DNA of 62,780 nt, filler included, from Streblomastix strix (lineage: Eukaryota), in assembly GCA_008636045.1 (NCBI GenBank). It is 4 parts of 4 records of this genome, joined end to end, with 100 filler letters (N's around TTAATTAATTAA, not from the genome) between each part and the next. Parts side by side here need not be neighbours in the genome. Positions count along the whole stretch, not along the records: positions 15,742 to 31,358 come from SNRW01000956.1; positions 31,459 to 47,074 come from SNRW01000957.1; 2 more parts are not named here. One strand, written 5' to 3'. Under the pieces are notes generated by a model. It was given only the letters and a program-made list of their open reading frames with translations, was not told the DNA's origin and made no database searches. Each line of letters begins with the position of its first letter. Within the stretch, counting starts at the first letter, position 1. A program made the position numbers and the translations under genes. Positions 26,229 through 40,361 of this stretch are shown piece after piece.

Positions 26229-27953
26229 ATGAACTAAATTAAAAAAATGAAATACGATAAATCAATCACCGATAGTGAATAAATCACATAAAACACAAGT
26301 GACTCTCAATTTTATATTCTTAAATAATTAAAATCAATGCGTTTTCTACATACGGAAGAAGAAAAACTAGAAAAAGCTAAACAAATTAACTCAAATATTT
26401 AATATTCTATTAATAATCCAATTAATTTCGTAATTAACTCCAAAATTTGCAAAGAGATAAATAATTTGATTGATGGAGGGGAAAAACCTTATTAGAAAGA
26501 GCTTCTTAATATTATTGGAATAATTGCAGAATGTAGGGAGATAATATTATTGCATTATGATGAGAGAAGATTTAATAGAGCTTTCCACAATTCTGGATTA
26601 GTAAACAAAATTGAAGAAATAATAAATAAAGAAGTTGAAATGGAAGAAAATTAAAGTTAAGAAAATATTCAATATTCAGAATTTATTATAAATCTCATTC
26701 AAACATTCTTCTACTTAAATAACAACACCATATTTAATGATAATAATCTTAAATAATGTGGAAAAGTTATTGTATATTTCATCTCTAAAGTTGTTGATAA
26801 ATTGAAATAGAGTTATAATAGAACACAAAATGAATAAGACAACAATGAATAGGATATAAATTTAATAAGAAATATGAGAATAGGAATAAGATTGTTAAGA
26901 TCAATTGAAGAAGTGTCTGAAAATTATTATAATAGAAATTATTTTGAGAATTCTCTTAATCTTCATGAATATATTGCTCCACTAATACATTTAAACTGCT
27001 TGGAAGAATTAAAATGCCCAAACCATATTGCTATTTAAGAGATAGAAATTGCAAGTGAATTTACAGCTGCTGCATTTCATATACTTGCATGGTTTGCATT
27101 TGAAGAAAATATTAAAGAATATTTGATTGAAAAGCATGATGTCCTTACTCATATTATTCCAATAATTATTTCTTTTGCTGAAAAATTTTCCTAAATTAAT
27201 AATTAATATGATCAAAAATAATATGACTCTTCATCTTAACCAATATTATTTTAAGATTTTGTTCCTATTATATGTTTATAGGTTGTTGGAGGTGCACTTA
27301 ATCTTCTTAATATTATTCTCATTGAAAATTATGATTTATTCTCCAAAATAATTCATATTCCTGGATTATATTAATCTTTGATTTATCTTACTAGCTTTGG
27401 GAGAAACATTCACACCGGAGAAAATCCAGATTAATATACACTTAAAATAAGGAAATATAGCAATGAATGTTTGAGTGTTGCCATTGAATATGAGAAATTA
27501 GTAGATTTGTAAGAATTAATTATTTAATGGGGATTTATTAAGATTCTAATTGAAGCAATTGGATTATGCGGAGGAAATGAAGAAGCAAATATTAAGTATA
27601 AATTTGATGTATTGATAAATATCAGGAATTTGTTTAATACTTTACAAGAAATTTAAGGAGAATCAGCAGACAAAACTTCAAGTTCAAGTTTATTACATTC
27701 GGCACATGAGTAGATTGAAGAAGAAGGAGGAATGGAAGAAATAGAATCACATTTGCACCAGAAGGAAAAATAAGACAATTATAGTACTCATTTATATCAG
27801 ATAGCTAAAATCACAAGTAATTTAATTATCTATACATGGGTTAACAAATCAAATGAGTAAGAGTAAGAACGCATTATGAGAGAAATTGCTGAAAATCAGG
27901 CAATTCAACAGATAGAATATGCTAAAATCGAATAAGAAGATGCTGACGAATGA
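26229..27953 (+). CDS. Lineage-expanded helical (ARM-like) family protein, copy 1 (574 aa)
   Basis: Uninterrupted table-6 ORF with EAIGLCGGNEE...HEQIEEEGGMEEIESHL motif. Confidence 0.8.
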
Positions 27954-28120
27954 ACGAAATGAATTGATTTAAATTAATATTTTAACATGTTATATAATTT
28001 TTATTAATATTTGTCTTGTTTAATATGATCTAAAATTTAAAATAGCAATAAATAATTATAATTATTCTATTTTTTTATTTTCTTAATTCAAAATACATTT
28101 AAATAAGTTTAGGATAAAAT

Positions 28121-30202
28121 TCACAATGGAGCATTTGGATCCATCGTTGTAAAAATGTTAGCAACTCTTGATGATACATTAGAATTCATTTTCTATATCA
28201 AATTAAATAAAAGGATTGTTTAATATTTAAAAATACAAAAAATAATTTCATTATATATATTATCACATATTTTAAAATACATACCTTTTGATTTTTACCA
28301 GTCACAATTCCAGTGAATAGATCAGCAAAAGAAACAGTTAAAAATTAAGACTGTTATGATGAAGATTATTATTATTATTATCTCTAAGATTAAGAAACTT
28401 GATTGATATTTGCAATAAGCTGACAAAACGAAGGATATTCTTTAACAATCCCACTGAATAAGAGTTAAAATAATTAAAATTGAACATATTAATATATTTA
28501 AATAAAAATAAATCAAGTTAATATAATACTAATCATACGTTGCCATATTTGGAGTAACAACATCTATTTCTTACAACATCCGTCTCCAAATCTCACTTTT
28601 TTCAGTAGCTGTTTTTCTTAGCGGTTTGACAAAGACAACTTTTTAACGTCTGAGATAAAAAAATTGGATATTAAAATAAATAAATTTGTTATTAATTCAT
28701 TTATTAATAAATAATAAGTAATTCTCCACACTTTGAAAGTCTTGTTTTAACTGAATGTGCCATACTCGTGATAAAATCTCCAAGTTACCCTGCAAGTGCA
28801 TACTGGAAAACACAGCAGTTTCTTACTTCAAGCCAAGTAACAGCTTAAATAGGAGTGAAAATGATTTGAGGTTATTATATTGAAGATTGAAATTAAGATT
28901 ATTATTAATATTGAGGAAATGAAGAAGGTTAAGATTATGAAATGTCAAGGAATGGCGCTTAATTAAAAATAGATTGTTAATGTTATTAGTCATTTTGAAA
29001 CATGAATTAATTATTGTTAATATTATTGAGATTATGAAATGACTAATTATTCTAATTAGAAAATAATGTTGATTGATGAAGTAAATTATCAGATTGATAT
29101 GATAGACTTGGGCTAAGACTTCTACATCGAACAAGTGAACTAATTGGATTGAATTAATTCAATTAACTCAAATCTGCGCTCAATGAACTTTATTATTCAA
29201 TTATCTCATTTTCAATCTAATTTATATTTATTCCTCCATTTATATTTTATTTCACATTTGAGTTAATTGTTGGACTGATACTGTGTGTTCTAACTCCAAG
29301 GAATGCATTATTATTAGATTATCCTTGGAATGCCAATCTCCTTTCAACAGCTCGAAGACTTTCACAAACAATAGAAATTGGTATTTAGGATGAATGGAGA
29401 GAATTTGATTAGAATTGTGAGGGTGAAGATTATGAAGAAGATGATTGCATCGGGTTGATTTGTAAAGGATGTCGTGTTTCAGGAATTGGACATCCCCAAG
29501 CTAATAATGGAACAGGAATTTGATTTCGATGGTTCAAGTCGGTTTATATTGGAGATTGAACTTCTTCTTCATTTTCAGATATGTTTCCTTATTCTTCATC
29601 TTCGTTGGTTACATTTTCTCCATCATTTTCGGTGCTACTTTCATCATCATTAGTTTTTTGTTGATTGATGATATCAGCTAATTCTTTAATCAGTGAAAAC
29701 CATTGCTCCAATGAATAAATTTAATTATTTCCTTACTATTTCATTATTTCTTCATTTGTGAATTAATTCTTCAAAAGAGAATTAGCATCAGCGAAGACAA
29801 TAAGTACAGGTTCAATATTGACCGTTGGTATAAAATTTAGATTTTAATTAATTTATTTGCTTCTGTTCAGTTTGATTTCTGTAAAAAGTTCTCCATTCTC
29901 GCCAATCTACTGAATAAATCTTGTCTATACCCATATTGCTACATTTGGAAGTGGAAGATTATAATAATAAAACGGAATCTGAAAAAATAAAAAATATTTA
30001 AAAATTGAAAATTGAATATACAAAGAAGAAGTTTGAATTAAATTAATTTAGAAACCTCACTTATCTAAAGAGCTTATTCGATAATTTCTGCGCAGTGTGT
30101 TCCTTAAAGATTGTTATCAAGACACAATGCAACATTTTTAGAGAGTTTAATAGTTTTCGTGTTAGTTTTCTTTGGTTGCCTTTTGTGAGTGGGTTTGTCC
30201 AT
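28121..30202 (-). CDS. EME1: Crossover junction endonuclease non-catalytic subunit EME1/Mms4-like, multi-exon
   Basis: LGDFITSMAHSV...SEIWRRMLQEIDVVTPNMAT/GIVKEYPSFCQLI...KKMNSNVSSRVANIFTTMDPNAPL* resembles the EME1 C-terminal (HhH)2 region. Gln/Ser/Asn-rich insert in the middle. Confidence 0.72.
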
Positions 30203-30756
30203 AATATTCTAAAATATATATAAATATAAAACAAAAAAATATAATTATTGAAAAATTAAAAATATAAAAAATTATATACTATTATATTTTGAGAAAAATA
30301 AAAATTATAAAAATAAAAATTAATATGCAATTTATTGATATGAATAATAGTAATAATTATGTTTGATGGTTATTTTTAGCTAAAAATATAATCATTTCTT
30401 AATGATTATTATTTTAATAAAAATTGAATTGATATAGGCTTAATAAAACAAGTTTTTTATTTATTTTTCTGTTATTTCGGTTGCAACAACGTTTTTTTAT
30501 GAATAATTAATGATCATGCTCATTTAGAAGTCGAAATAAAATTAAATAAAAAAATATTTAAAGTAAATAGGTTGCTTACAATATTTTATTATTTGATTCA
30601 AATGACTATAAAAAACGATGTTAAATTGCTGTCTACGAGCAGTTAAATCATTTCCCCCGAACTCATTGATTATTGTTCTTCTTCTCTAATTACTTTTAGC
30701 AAAATGGACATTTCAACCCACGGTCTTTCCAGCCCTTTGCACAGTCCGCATGAAAA

Positions 30757-31358
30757 TTATCTTAGCAATCCACGTATCTGGAATACTACCTTTTATTTAT
30801 GGGACTTCAACCTTATACAATGGATCCAATCAACGAAACCCAATAAATATTCACAAAATGTAATAAATTTAACATTAAAACAGGTTAATTAAGTAAATTT
30901 TAAAGTTTAAAAAGTGAAAACAAAAATTGTTAACAACATTTTTATCAAGTTAAAACATTTAAACTAAGATTGGTTAAAGGATAGTATTGAATTAAATTAA
31001 ATATAATTGAAACCAATTGAGCGTCGATTAGTAAAAAGAGTAAGTAAATAAAAGAGAACAATAAATTTACTAGCAAATATTAACTGTAAATAAGTAGATG
31101 TGTGATGCTCTCTTAATATAAACAAATGTTAAATTTAACAAATTGTATAAATTAAAACAAATCAAAACAAAATAAAACTCTTCGGGAGGGATATGAACTG
31201 GATACTTCAGCATTGGATGTGTGTTATTACAGTAGAATGTAGAAAGTTCATGGGCGGGTAAAAGGTAGTATTCCAGATACGTGGATTGCTAAGATAACCA
31301 CTTCGTAAACTACGTGATTATCTATGCATCCACTTAATCTGGACTACCTTTTATTTAT
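30757..31358. repeat. 39-bp perfect inverted repeat (30757-30795 / 31259-31297) plus degenerate direct copy at contig end (31318-31358)
   Basis: ttatcttagcaatccacgtatctggaatactacctttta versus taaaaggtagtattccagatacgtggattgctaagataa. Confidence 0.85.
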
Positions 31359-31458
31359 NNNNNNNNNNNNNNNNNNNNNNNNNNNNNNNNNNNNNNNNNN
31401 NNTTAATTAATTAANNNNNNNNNNNNNNNNNNNNNNNNNNNNNNNNNNNNNNNNNNNN
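31359..31458. other. Artificial contig spacer N44-TTAATTAATTAA-N44
   Basis: Same 100-nt spacer. Confidence 0.97.
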
Positions 31459-31659
31459 TTGCAGATAAATTAATATTTCAATTTATTTCAAATTTATTTA
31501 TACAAATTGAAGAATATAATTTTGTTCACAAAACTCTAACGTAAAATTATTTCTACAAAAATTTCTCTACAATAAATTTAACTTTTCTAATCTATTTCAT
31601 CTTAAATTTTAATAATACAACTAATATATAAATCAAACTAATCAATACTTATATTTTAT

Positions 31660-33001
31660 ATGAATAAATAAAATCAAATGATAATGAAGAATAAAATGAT
31701 TTAAAAGAAGATTTTGAGAATAAGATGAAAGATAAAACTTAGTTTCTAAAAGTAATTGATTTAAATTTTATTTTTAATTAACACTTATTAATTGATAACA
31801 ATTTTCATGAAACAATTATACCAATTATTCACATCAATTGTAATAACTATATTAATTGTTCTCAATAATTAATTTTTCCTCCATCAAATGTTCTATATGA
31901 TCTTCAAGCAATTATATTTAAAATTTTTCAAAATTTGATAAAATATTACTTTTAAATATAAAATGATATATTGAAAAAGTACGATTTATTAAATCATCTC
32001 ATCTCATATTTGATATACTTAGTATCTGGAGAAACAGTACAATTCAAAATAGAAACCGATGATAATACTTCTTCTATAACCAAACTTAGTATCAATTAAC
32101 TTTAGTAATCATCAACACATGATCAATGCAAATAATCAAATTAGCATTCTGATCAGAAAGTCTTATAACATTCAACTTCTTTAATTTCTCTTAATTCAAA
32201 TCAATAAACAAGTACAACAACTTAGAACAATATCAATTATCCTTCATAATCACTTGTCTCTCTTAGAAAGTCAAAAACTTCGTCTTCATAAACAAATATT
32301 AAAATAAATCCATTATTACCATAATAATAATAGAATATTGTTTAAATTCCATTATCTTTACTTAATAATATACAATTTTCTTCATAATCTTCAATAAATT
32401 CCAATAGAATTTATCAACCGTTTAAACATAAAATTGATAAATCTTAATTTGATCTTATTTATTAATTAGAAAACTTTTTATACAATCATCTTTAATAAAA
32501 CGGAGAAAATATTCAGAAATCGAAAGAATATCCAAATTTCATTCCATCACTCATGACATTAGCCAAATTCAACTTAGATTAATTTGAAACTAGTAATGAA
32601 CATTAGAAAACAGCTCAAATTAGATCATGCAGCTTACAAATTTTGAATGTGTTACATTATTAGGATAATGCCACAGATGAGACAAATCTTATTAGGATGG
32701 GTATGTCAATGCATAAATATACAACATATTTCTAGCAGGTGGGAGTGAATAGTAGAATAGTGCTAGTTAATTTGGTTCATTAAGTTATCTCGAAGGGTTA
32801 TTAAGTCGTTTCCATGATATTAATAGCCAATTATCTAAATAGCTTATCAAAGAATCAAATGAACAAATTAAAGAAGAAGGTGGGGAGGATGAACTCCAGG
32901 CATATATTTACAACAAAGGTTTTACAAATTATGGAAGTATGCGTTATTATGCAAATCAATTAATAGGAACAATGATAAATTAATATATTAGACGTTTTTG
33001 A
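31660..33001 (+). pseudogene. Helical (ARM-like) family copy 2, frameshifted; 5' boundary approximate
   Basis: C-terminal frame GYVNAQIYNIFLAGGSEQQ...NEQIKEEGGEDELQAY ends TGA 32999-33001. Joining it to the upstream frame needs one extra base at ~32699-32701. Confidence 0.6.
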
Positions 33002-33449
33002 AAGTATATTTATTTGAACACTTATCGTTTTGGATTCTTTTCAATAATGTTGTTTTTGAATAAATAAAGAGTTTTAAAAATTGAAAAGTTCTTAAAGTAT
33101 TTTTATTATATGAATTAAACTTGTAAAGTAATACAAAATCTAGTGGATAATATTGCAATCTAAACCAACTGGTACAAATAAACAAAACAAAATTATCTTC
33201 ATTTCTTAAAATTAAATCAAAGCATCATATAATTTTATTATGTTAATATTTCATCATATTAATTTTTTATTTTTAGTTCTGTTTTGTTTAATAACGAAGA
33301 AGTCTCTAGAAAATATTAACACTTTGCTTAATTCGTAACAATAGACAAGAATTTAAACAACATTTTTAATTAATTTCATATAAAATAACACTAAATAATA
33401 ACTATTTTATTCAATTTAATAATTTATTCAATTACACTAAAGTGAAATG

Positions 33450-34523
33450 TCACCAAGGATCCAACTTTCTTCGAAAGCTTTCCGCTGATCTTTCTAAATT
33501 GTCTACAGTTCGCGGCATGTTAAAATCTTCGACTTTTCCTTTGTAGAACCTATAAAATATTGTATTATACAAATATAAAAAAATAAAATATTAAAAAAAT
33601 AGTAAATTATTGAGTAAATTATTACAAATAAATATTTTATTAGTATATACATAGATATAAACATTGACATACAATTTAACAGTAGGAAACCCTCTAATAC
33701 CCAAACTTGACGCAGCTTCTTGACAATTCGGATACAAAGCGCTTCCAACATTTATTTTGCTATTCTATTTATTCTGCATTTTCACACCGAATGCTCTATA
33801 AATAGGCTCGAAGTTTTTGCAGTGGACGCATGTTAACGAGTAACTGGACAAAAAGAATATTTAATGAATGAATGAACAAAAAAAATAATAATAATCAATA
33901 AATGAATAATAACAATAATAATCAATGAATAATAACAATAATAATCAATAAATAAAACAATTATAAAATTATATAATAATTCCATACAAATTCACAACCC
34001 ACAGTTCATTTCCTCGCATTATTCTGAAGATATCTGAAGAGCTCAGTGCTTGTACAGGATCTTTGAACATCCTTGCCCATGGGTTCTACAATGGATCATC
34101 GCTGTGTTGAGGAACTCTTATTTATTATTATTGGGAATTTCCTTCAATTAGTTTGTTTCCTTGTTTTCTGAGTTTTTCTTCTTCCTTTTCTCGCTTCCAC
34201 TTCTCTTCTTGTTCGGCTTGTGCTTTTGCTGCGAGTCTCTTCTATCTTTCAACTCGGAGTTTTTCTAAGTCGATTTTAGGAGCTTGTTTTTCTGTCGTGA
34301 TTGAATCGATTGTGCATACATCGCCATCGCAATGCATCTGTGGTGCGGGTTGGGTTGACGAGTTGACATAACGTTTCTTTTAAGTGCGTTTATTAAGCAA
34401 TCGTTTTATGTCATGGTAAGTTTTTAGAACAATTGGGCGGACTAAGAAGACAACAGCAAGTGCTCCGAAGACGATATACCAGTAAGGATGTAGGTGGATA
34501 TGAGTCCTGTCTTCGTACTACAT
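33450..34523 (-). CDS. Single-TM, coiled-coil, C-terminal thioredoxin (CVHC) protein, 3 exons
   Basis: YWYIVFGALAVVFLV TM; CDGDVC; coiled coil; LWVVNF/YSLTCVHCKNFEPIY...GIRGFPTVKL/FYKGKVEDFNMPRTVDNL (PDI/Trx fold with cis-Pro FPT). Confidence 0.85.
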
Positions 34524-35123
34524 AATTCTAATAAATTAAAAAATAATAATAAGAATTTACTGAACAATAGAGAAAAAAAGTTAATTTTTTTTCTTTTTTT
34601 ATCCGAAGAATGATTTATCTTTATTGTAGATATTATAATAAATTTAAAATAGAAGTGAAATTGGCTATAAATAATATTAAAAAAAAATATTATAATTTAA
34701 TAATATTTTAACGAACCTATATATGATTATAAAATTAACAATATTTTAAAGATTAGTTTAATTGAATATATAGAAGTAAAACAATTAGTTTGTACATAAA
34801 TAATTATAAAAAAATAATAATAATGTAAAAAATATGATATAATTGAAATATTTAACTGTACAAAACGAGAAATTCTTATTCAAAATTTAGAATTTATTTT
34901 TTACTTGCGAATATACTGTGTCGTTTATTATTTTCTCTAGGAATAATATAAATATAATTATTCTTCTTATTTTCTAAAAATAATTTCAATTCTAAAAAAT
35001 TATTTAATTCAATTTTATTCCAATTCCAATGATTTGTGAAGATTAATTAATATAAAAATGTTTGATACATATTCATTTAACTTTATTTTAACTCATTTAA
35101 TTGATTAATAACTATTAGCAGGG

Positions 35124-38100
35124 ATGCTGACAAGTCCGAAAGTTTTCTATGCAAATAAATCATCATAAGCAAACTATTTTGCTTCGCCTAAATCAATTTT
35201 ACTTCTATGCATATTTGTATATTCAGTTAGTTCAAATGCAAACGTAAATGTTCTGGCTGACAGAACACAAAATAATTCCGAAGTTAATTTCTAATAAATT
35301 GCACTTTAAGGGCTACCTTCAATTAATATTTAGAATATATTTGCTAATTGGCATAAATAATATAACATTACAACCAATTATATTATTATTTTACATGATA
35401 GAAACTATTAATCAGAGAACTAGACACTCCATCAAACAATGCGTTATTATTCGTGTGAGAACAAGGATAAATTGAGTCAATGTACGTTTTTAATTGAATA
35501 GTAATATAACTTCTTTTATTTTGATAATAATTCCAGAGAATATACAAATATTCCACAAAATGTACTTGAAGTTCAGGACAACAAATTCAATATATCAGAA
35601 TTAATTCAAAAGATTATTGTAATATTCAATAATGGTGTTATGGATGCATAACAGCATATATTCAGATCAATGAATAATGGACTAAGAAACTTAATACAAG
35701 TCAATTAGAACATTTATGAACTAGTTATATTAAGAAGAACAATGTATAACTTCAACATATTTGGACTGGTTAATAGTAATATGTATTCTAATTTATATAT
35801 AATAAGAAAATTAAATCTTCATTCCATAAAAATAACTTATTCTAAGTGCTTTATACTATTGAACATTTGTATAGACATGCTTCAATTAATGGAAAATTTC
35901 TCACATCTTGAAGACAATACTATTTATTTAATATGTTCTATCTATAATAATAACAAATTCTATTCAATTATAAATAAGAATATTTCCATATAATAACAAT
36001 CTAATTATTTCATTTTAATAACAATGATTCTAGTTCTTCTTCATTCTCTTTATCAATCATATTTATCGCAAATCTAGAAATAATAAAATGCAATTAAACT
36101 TTTAAATAATAAGAATAAAATTAATCTTACCATTCTATTTGTGCTTCTTATTGCATGCAATATATCTAATAATATCTTAACTGTAGCTGCAGATGAATCC
36201 AACATCAATTAATCTAGTTCATCTTTGAATGATAAATCCAATTTCTATTCGATAAATTCATAATCATAATACAATTAAATTATTGATCACTAAATTTCAA
36301 CAGCTTAACAGATGAAATAATAATTTAGATCGCATAATGTAGATATCATTCGATATATCTTAAATACTAGTTCTGATACAGGTGATTGTTCATCATCTTC
36401 TTATCCTTGTAAAACTATCAATTACGTTCTTAATCTTAATCTTCCTACTGAATTTATCAGAGGATCAGATAAAGTAATTATTAATCTCCAATCGTCAACT
36501 TATGATCCAAATACTTTATCAGGTATTTCTCCTGCTTAGAATATTAAATTAGTACTTTTATCAGATTCAACATCAGATCAGAAATTATAAGTCAATATCC
36601 CCACAATATATTAGAATTATATCACTATTTAGTCTGATGGATATACATAAGATTCATAATCAAGTACAAATCCAAAATATAAAATTCCAACTTCATTATA
36701 AAGCAATTCTTTATTTACAATCACAGACAATGGTCATCTTGATCTTTTAGGACTTCAATTTTCTAATCTTAATCCAACATCTTAAAATCCACTTCTATAT
36801 GTTTAATCTCCAAATCTTGATAAAACTCCAATATTATTCATCGTTGATTGTGAATTTAATTAAGAACCAGATTCATATCCTGATTATTCACTCTCTCACT
36901 GTCTCATTCATATTAATGGTGGAAAATTGACAATTTCAAAGACTATTATTAAGGATTATTAAATATCTAATGGGAAAAGCTCAATAATGATTCATTCAGA
37001 TAAATCAAGTACTTCAGGTGTATATCGAATGAATCAAATTGATATTATCAATTCAACATTCGAAAATATAATACAAGCTGAAGGATCAGGAAGTGGATCT
37101 ACTATCAATGCTGAATTGAAAACTGGAAGTATAATGAATATTTCATAATCTTGCTCATTCGCTAATTGCAAAAGTAGAACGACTGGAGGAGCAATTCAAA
37201 CAATAATATCTGGAGGGCAAATTGAATTGAATGAAGTAATAATAAAAGGATGTAAAGCAAGAAATGGAGGTGGAATCTATATTAATATTGATTTTTCATC
37301 TTAATTTGAATTCAAGATTATAAATTCATTAATTCAAGATTGCCAAGCGAAAAATGATTAATTATAAATAAACCATACAGGATATGGAGGAGGAATCTTT
37401 CTTACTGGAACAGGAGAATATAATCCATCAACAAAAAGATTGGATTTGAAAGGAATGAAGATATATGGAAATTCAGCAGATAAATCTGGATAAAGCTTAT
37501 ATGTTGCAATGACTAGTGTGAAAGAATGGTGTAAGTATGGAATTGCCGGTGAATTTGTGAAAGGTAATTATAGTGACAGATATTCTTAATTTGAAGATAT
37601 TGAAGGAATTTAAGTAGATTAAACGACTTTCAATTATCTATCGTTAGAATCAATTAAACAGTAATAATCTGTTCTTCAGTATTATTGGGCTGAAATATCA
37701 AATCTTACAAAGATATCTGCTACCTTAAATAAATCAAATACCAATTAGCCATTATAAATTAATCTTGAAGGTTAAAATATGATTGCAGAATAATTTGCTG
37801 TGAAAATTGTAGAATTAGAATAAATAAATCATACGAATAATTTATATAAAATATAAACGCATAATATTAATGAAAATAAATAACCATAAATTAAAATTCT
37901 AAGTAAATCTTCAAGTTCAATATTTACTAAATCAAATACAAATTCGTTTAATAATAACAAATTGAAACTTATAAGCAATTATGCTTTTGAGATTATTTAT
38001 CCACCAGATGATGAATTAGCATTGCCTATTCTTATTGAAGGCGATCCACAAATTTTTCAAAGTGCATCATTTGGAATGAAAGACATTTCTTGGATTGACT

Positions 38101-39164
38101 ATGATAATAAACCTTATGGAATACTTGCATCAAATGATAAAAGAATATTCACAGGAATTGACGGAAAAGAAGATTAAGCATATCCATTAGAAATTATAAT
38201 AGAAAAAGATGATGATGGCAAAACAACTCACTTTCCTTGGTGGATTATTCTTATTATTATTTTATCTCCAACAATTCTAATAATAATCTTATTAATTTGC
38301 TGTATATGCTTTTGCTGGAGAAAGTATAAAGATTAGAAAAATATTAAAATCAACTATGTTTAATATTATACTAATTATGAAAATCATAATAATGAAACAG
38401 AATTGATTCCTTCAGTTGAAAAATCCACAAATTTATATGTTTAGAATCATTAATAATAACATTCATTGGATGAAATTGACTAAACTGATTATGATCAACT
38501 ATATTTATTATAATTATCTGCTTTATCCAATAAATCGCAAAATAAAAATTTATAACAAAAATAGCCTATTCAAATTAATACTTCTGATTAATCACTGAAT
38601 AATAACCCATATATAAATACTGAGACTTCTCATACTCAAAAATAAATTACTCAAAATTAATAAGAAAATTATTTATCGAATTAATCTCAATCAAATTCAA
38701 GTTCTTCTTTTAATTTAATTACAGATCCTTCTAATAATATTTATGTAGATTAAGATCCAAGTAAAAATTCCAATAGTACTGTTCCAGAAGATTATTAAAC
38801 TTTAGCATTATCAGGAAATAATCAAATAATCTAACCGCTGGATTATTAATAATAGTTATAGTTATAAATTCAAGCTACAAATACCAATTCTTTTATATAG
38901 CTTAAACGATCTAAAACTCTATCACCATTCTAATTTAATGAATCAAATTCATAATAGAGCGATCCTTCATTATATTGGCAACAATAAATTCATGTATCAG
39001 ACTCTGAAAAAGACATTGATCCTCCATTAATGAAAGTTCCATCTGAATATTTTGGGAAAGAATAATTACATAATATTTCAAATGAAGAACTAACTATTAT
39101 TAAATGGAGTAGCATCAAGAAAAATGGCATTCCACCATTTAAAAATAATACCAACAAGAAATGA
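35124..39164 (+). CDS. Large type I surface protein with pectin-lyase-like (right-handed beta-helix) repeats (1346 aa)
   Basis: Intronless table-6 ORF; DTGDCSSSSYPCKTI; GGAI, NGGGIY and GYGGGIF repeats; TM FPWWIILIIILSPTILIIILLICCICFCW; Gln/Ser/Asn-rich tail. Confidence 0.85.
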
Positions 39165-39454
39165 ACATCAAAAAACAGATTAATCTTCATTCATCTTTTT
39201 TTCTTAATTAAAAGATTTTTACAATATGTAACTACTAGTATTCTTAATTTATTTATTTATACAGATTTACAAATAAAATTTTAGCACCATTTATTAAAAT
39301 CGGAACGTCTTTGATTCTATGGATGTTTATTTTATTTAGCAAATTATGTTTCTCGATATTATTTTTATCTTGATTGATATCGTTCAAATCCAAAGGTTTA
39401 ATACGAAATATTATTATATGTATTCTCAAATTATTAATATTTAACTTTATCAGG

Positions 39455-40316
39455 ATGCCGGTTGCAGCGACAAAAACAGAATAAACTCGCAGGTCATATT
39501 TCTTGTCGTCAATAGTATATTTTAGTCTTATAGCGATATTACTAGTTGTATATTCTTTAGTCAATTCAAATTACTTCAGCTGCACACATGATGCAATATA
39601 ACACTGCTTTTTGAGGGATATCAATGAAAATTCGAACAAAAATGGCGTTTTTAAACGATTTAATATTATGTTCACTTAATTAATATTAAATTCAAGCAAG
39701 ACTAATCGCAAGAATTCTAATCTTTTATCAAAGGAATATTAAGGAACTTAATCATACATTTCTCCGAACACCATTTAGTTAATGCACAAACTCAATCAAA
39801 ATGAAACTCTAAAGAATCAAAGTACAAAAGCATCATTTGGACAAAATAATATGATAAAATTAATAATCAACAAATATAATTTAATGTTGACCAATTCAAC
39901 CATGCTGTTAAATTATATGTACATAATCATATAACAATTTACCATCTATTTCCCTTTGATTAGAATAGTCTCATTTCACTTCATTAATTTTTCTTCCATT
40001 GTTATTCTTCACACAATATCTCAACTTATTTTTAATTAGCTTCTTACACTCAGACTAAAAACAACATTCAAATTCAATCACTACAAAACAAAATAATCAG
40101 ATTTTACTATAATTTTAATATCTCTTCTTATTTTCACAAATACTATTGGTTTCTTCGATATTACTGCAGTTGAACATCATACTGGAGATTAACCAGAAAA
40201 TTAGGTTGAACAAACAAATAATTTTTTTATTAAATTGATTTAATAAGAAGAATAAGAATAACTAGATCCAGATTAATAATAATTTTAATTTGAATCAACT
40301 TAAAACAGTGAAGACG

Positions 40317-40361
<45 letters not shown>

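Noticed and set aside
30597..30850. Short minus-strand open frame (...KVVFQIRGLLRQFSCGLCKGLERPW...)
   Set aside because: No clear start, splice structure or recognisable motif; cannot be supported as a gene.
33450..33452. Terminal TGA of the SelS-like thioredoxin as selenocysteine
   Set aside because: Context DPW-TGA lacks the Gly/Cys-rich SelS ending and no SECIS-like hairpin is evident in the short AT-rich 3' region.
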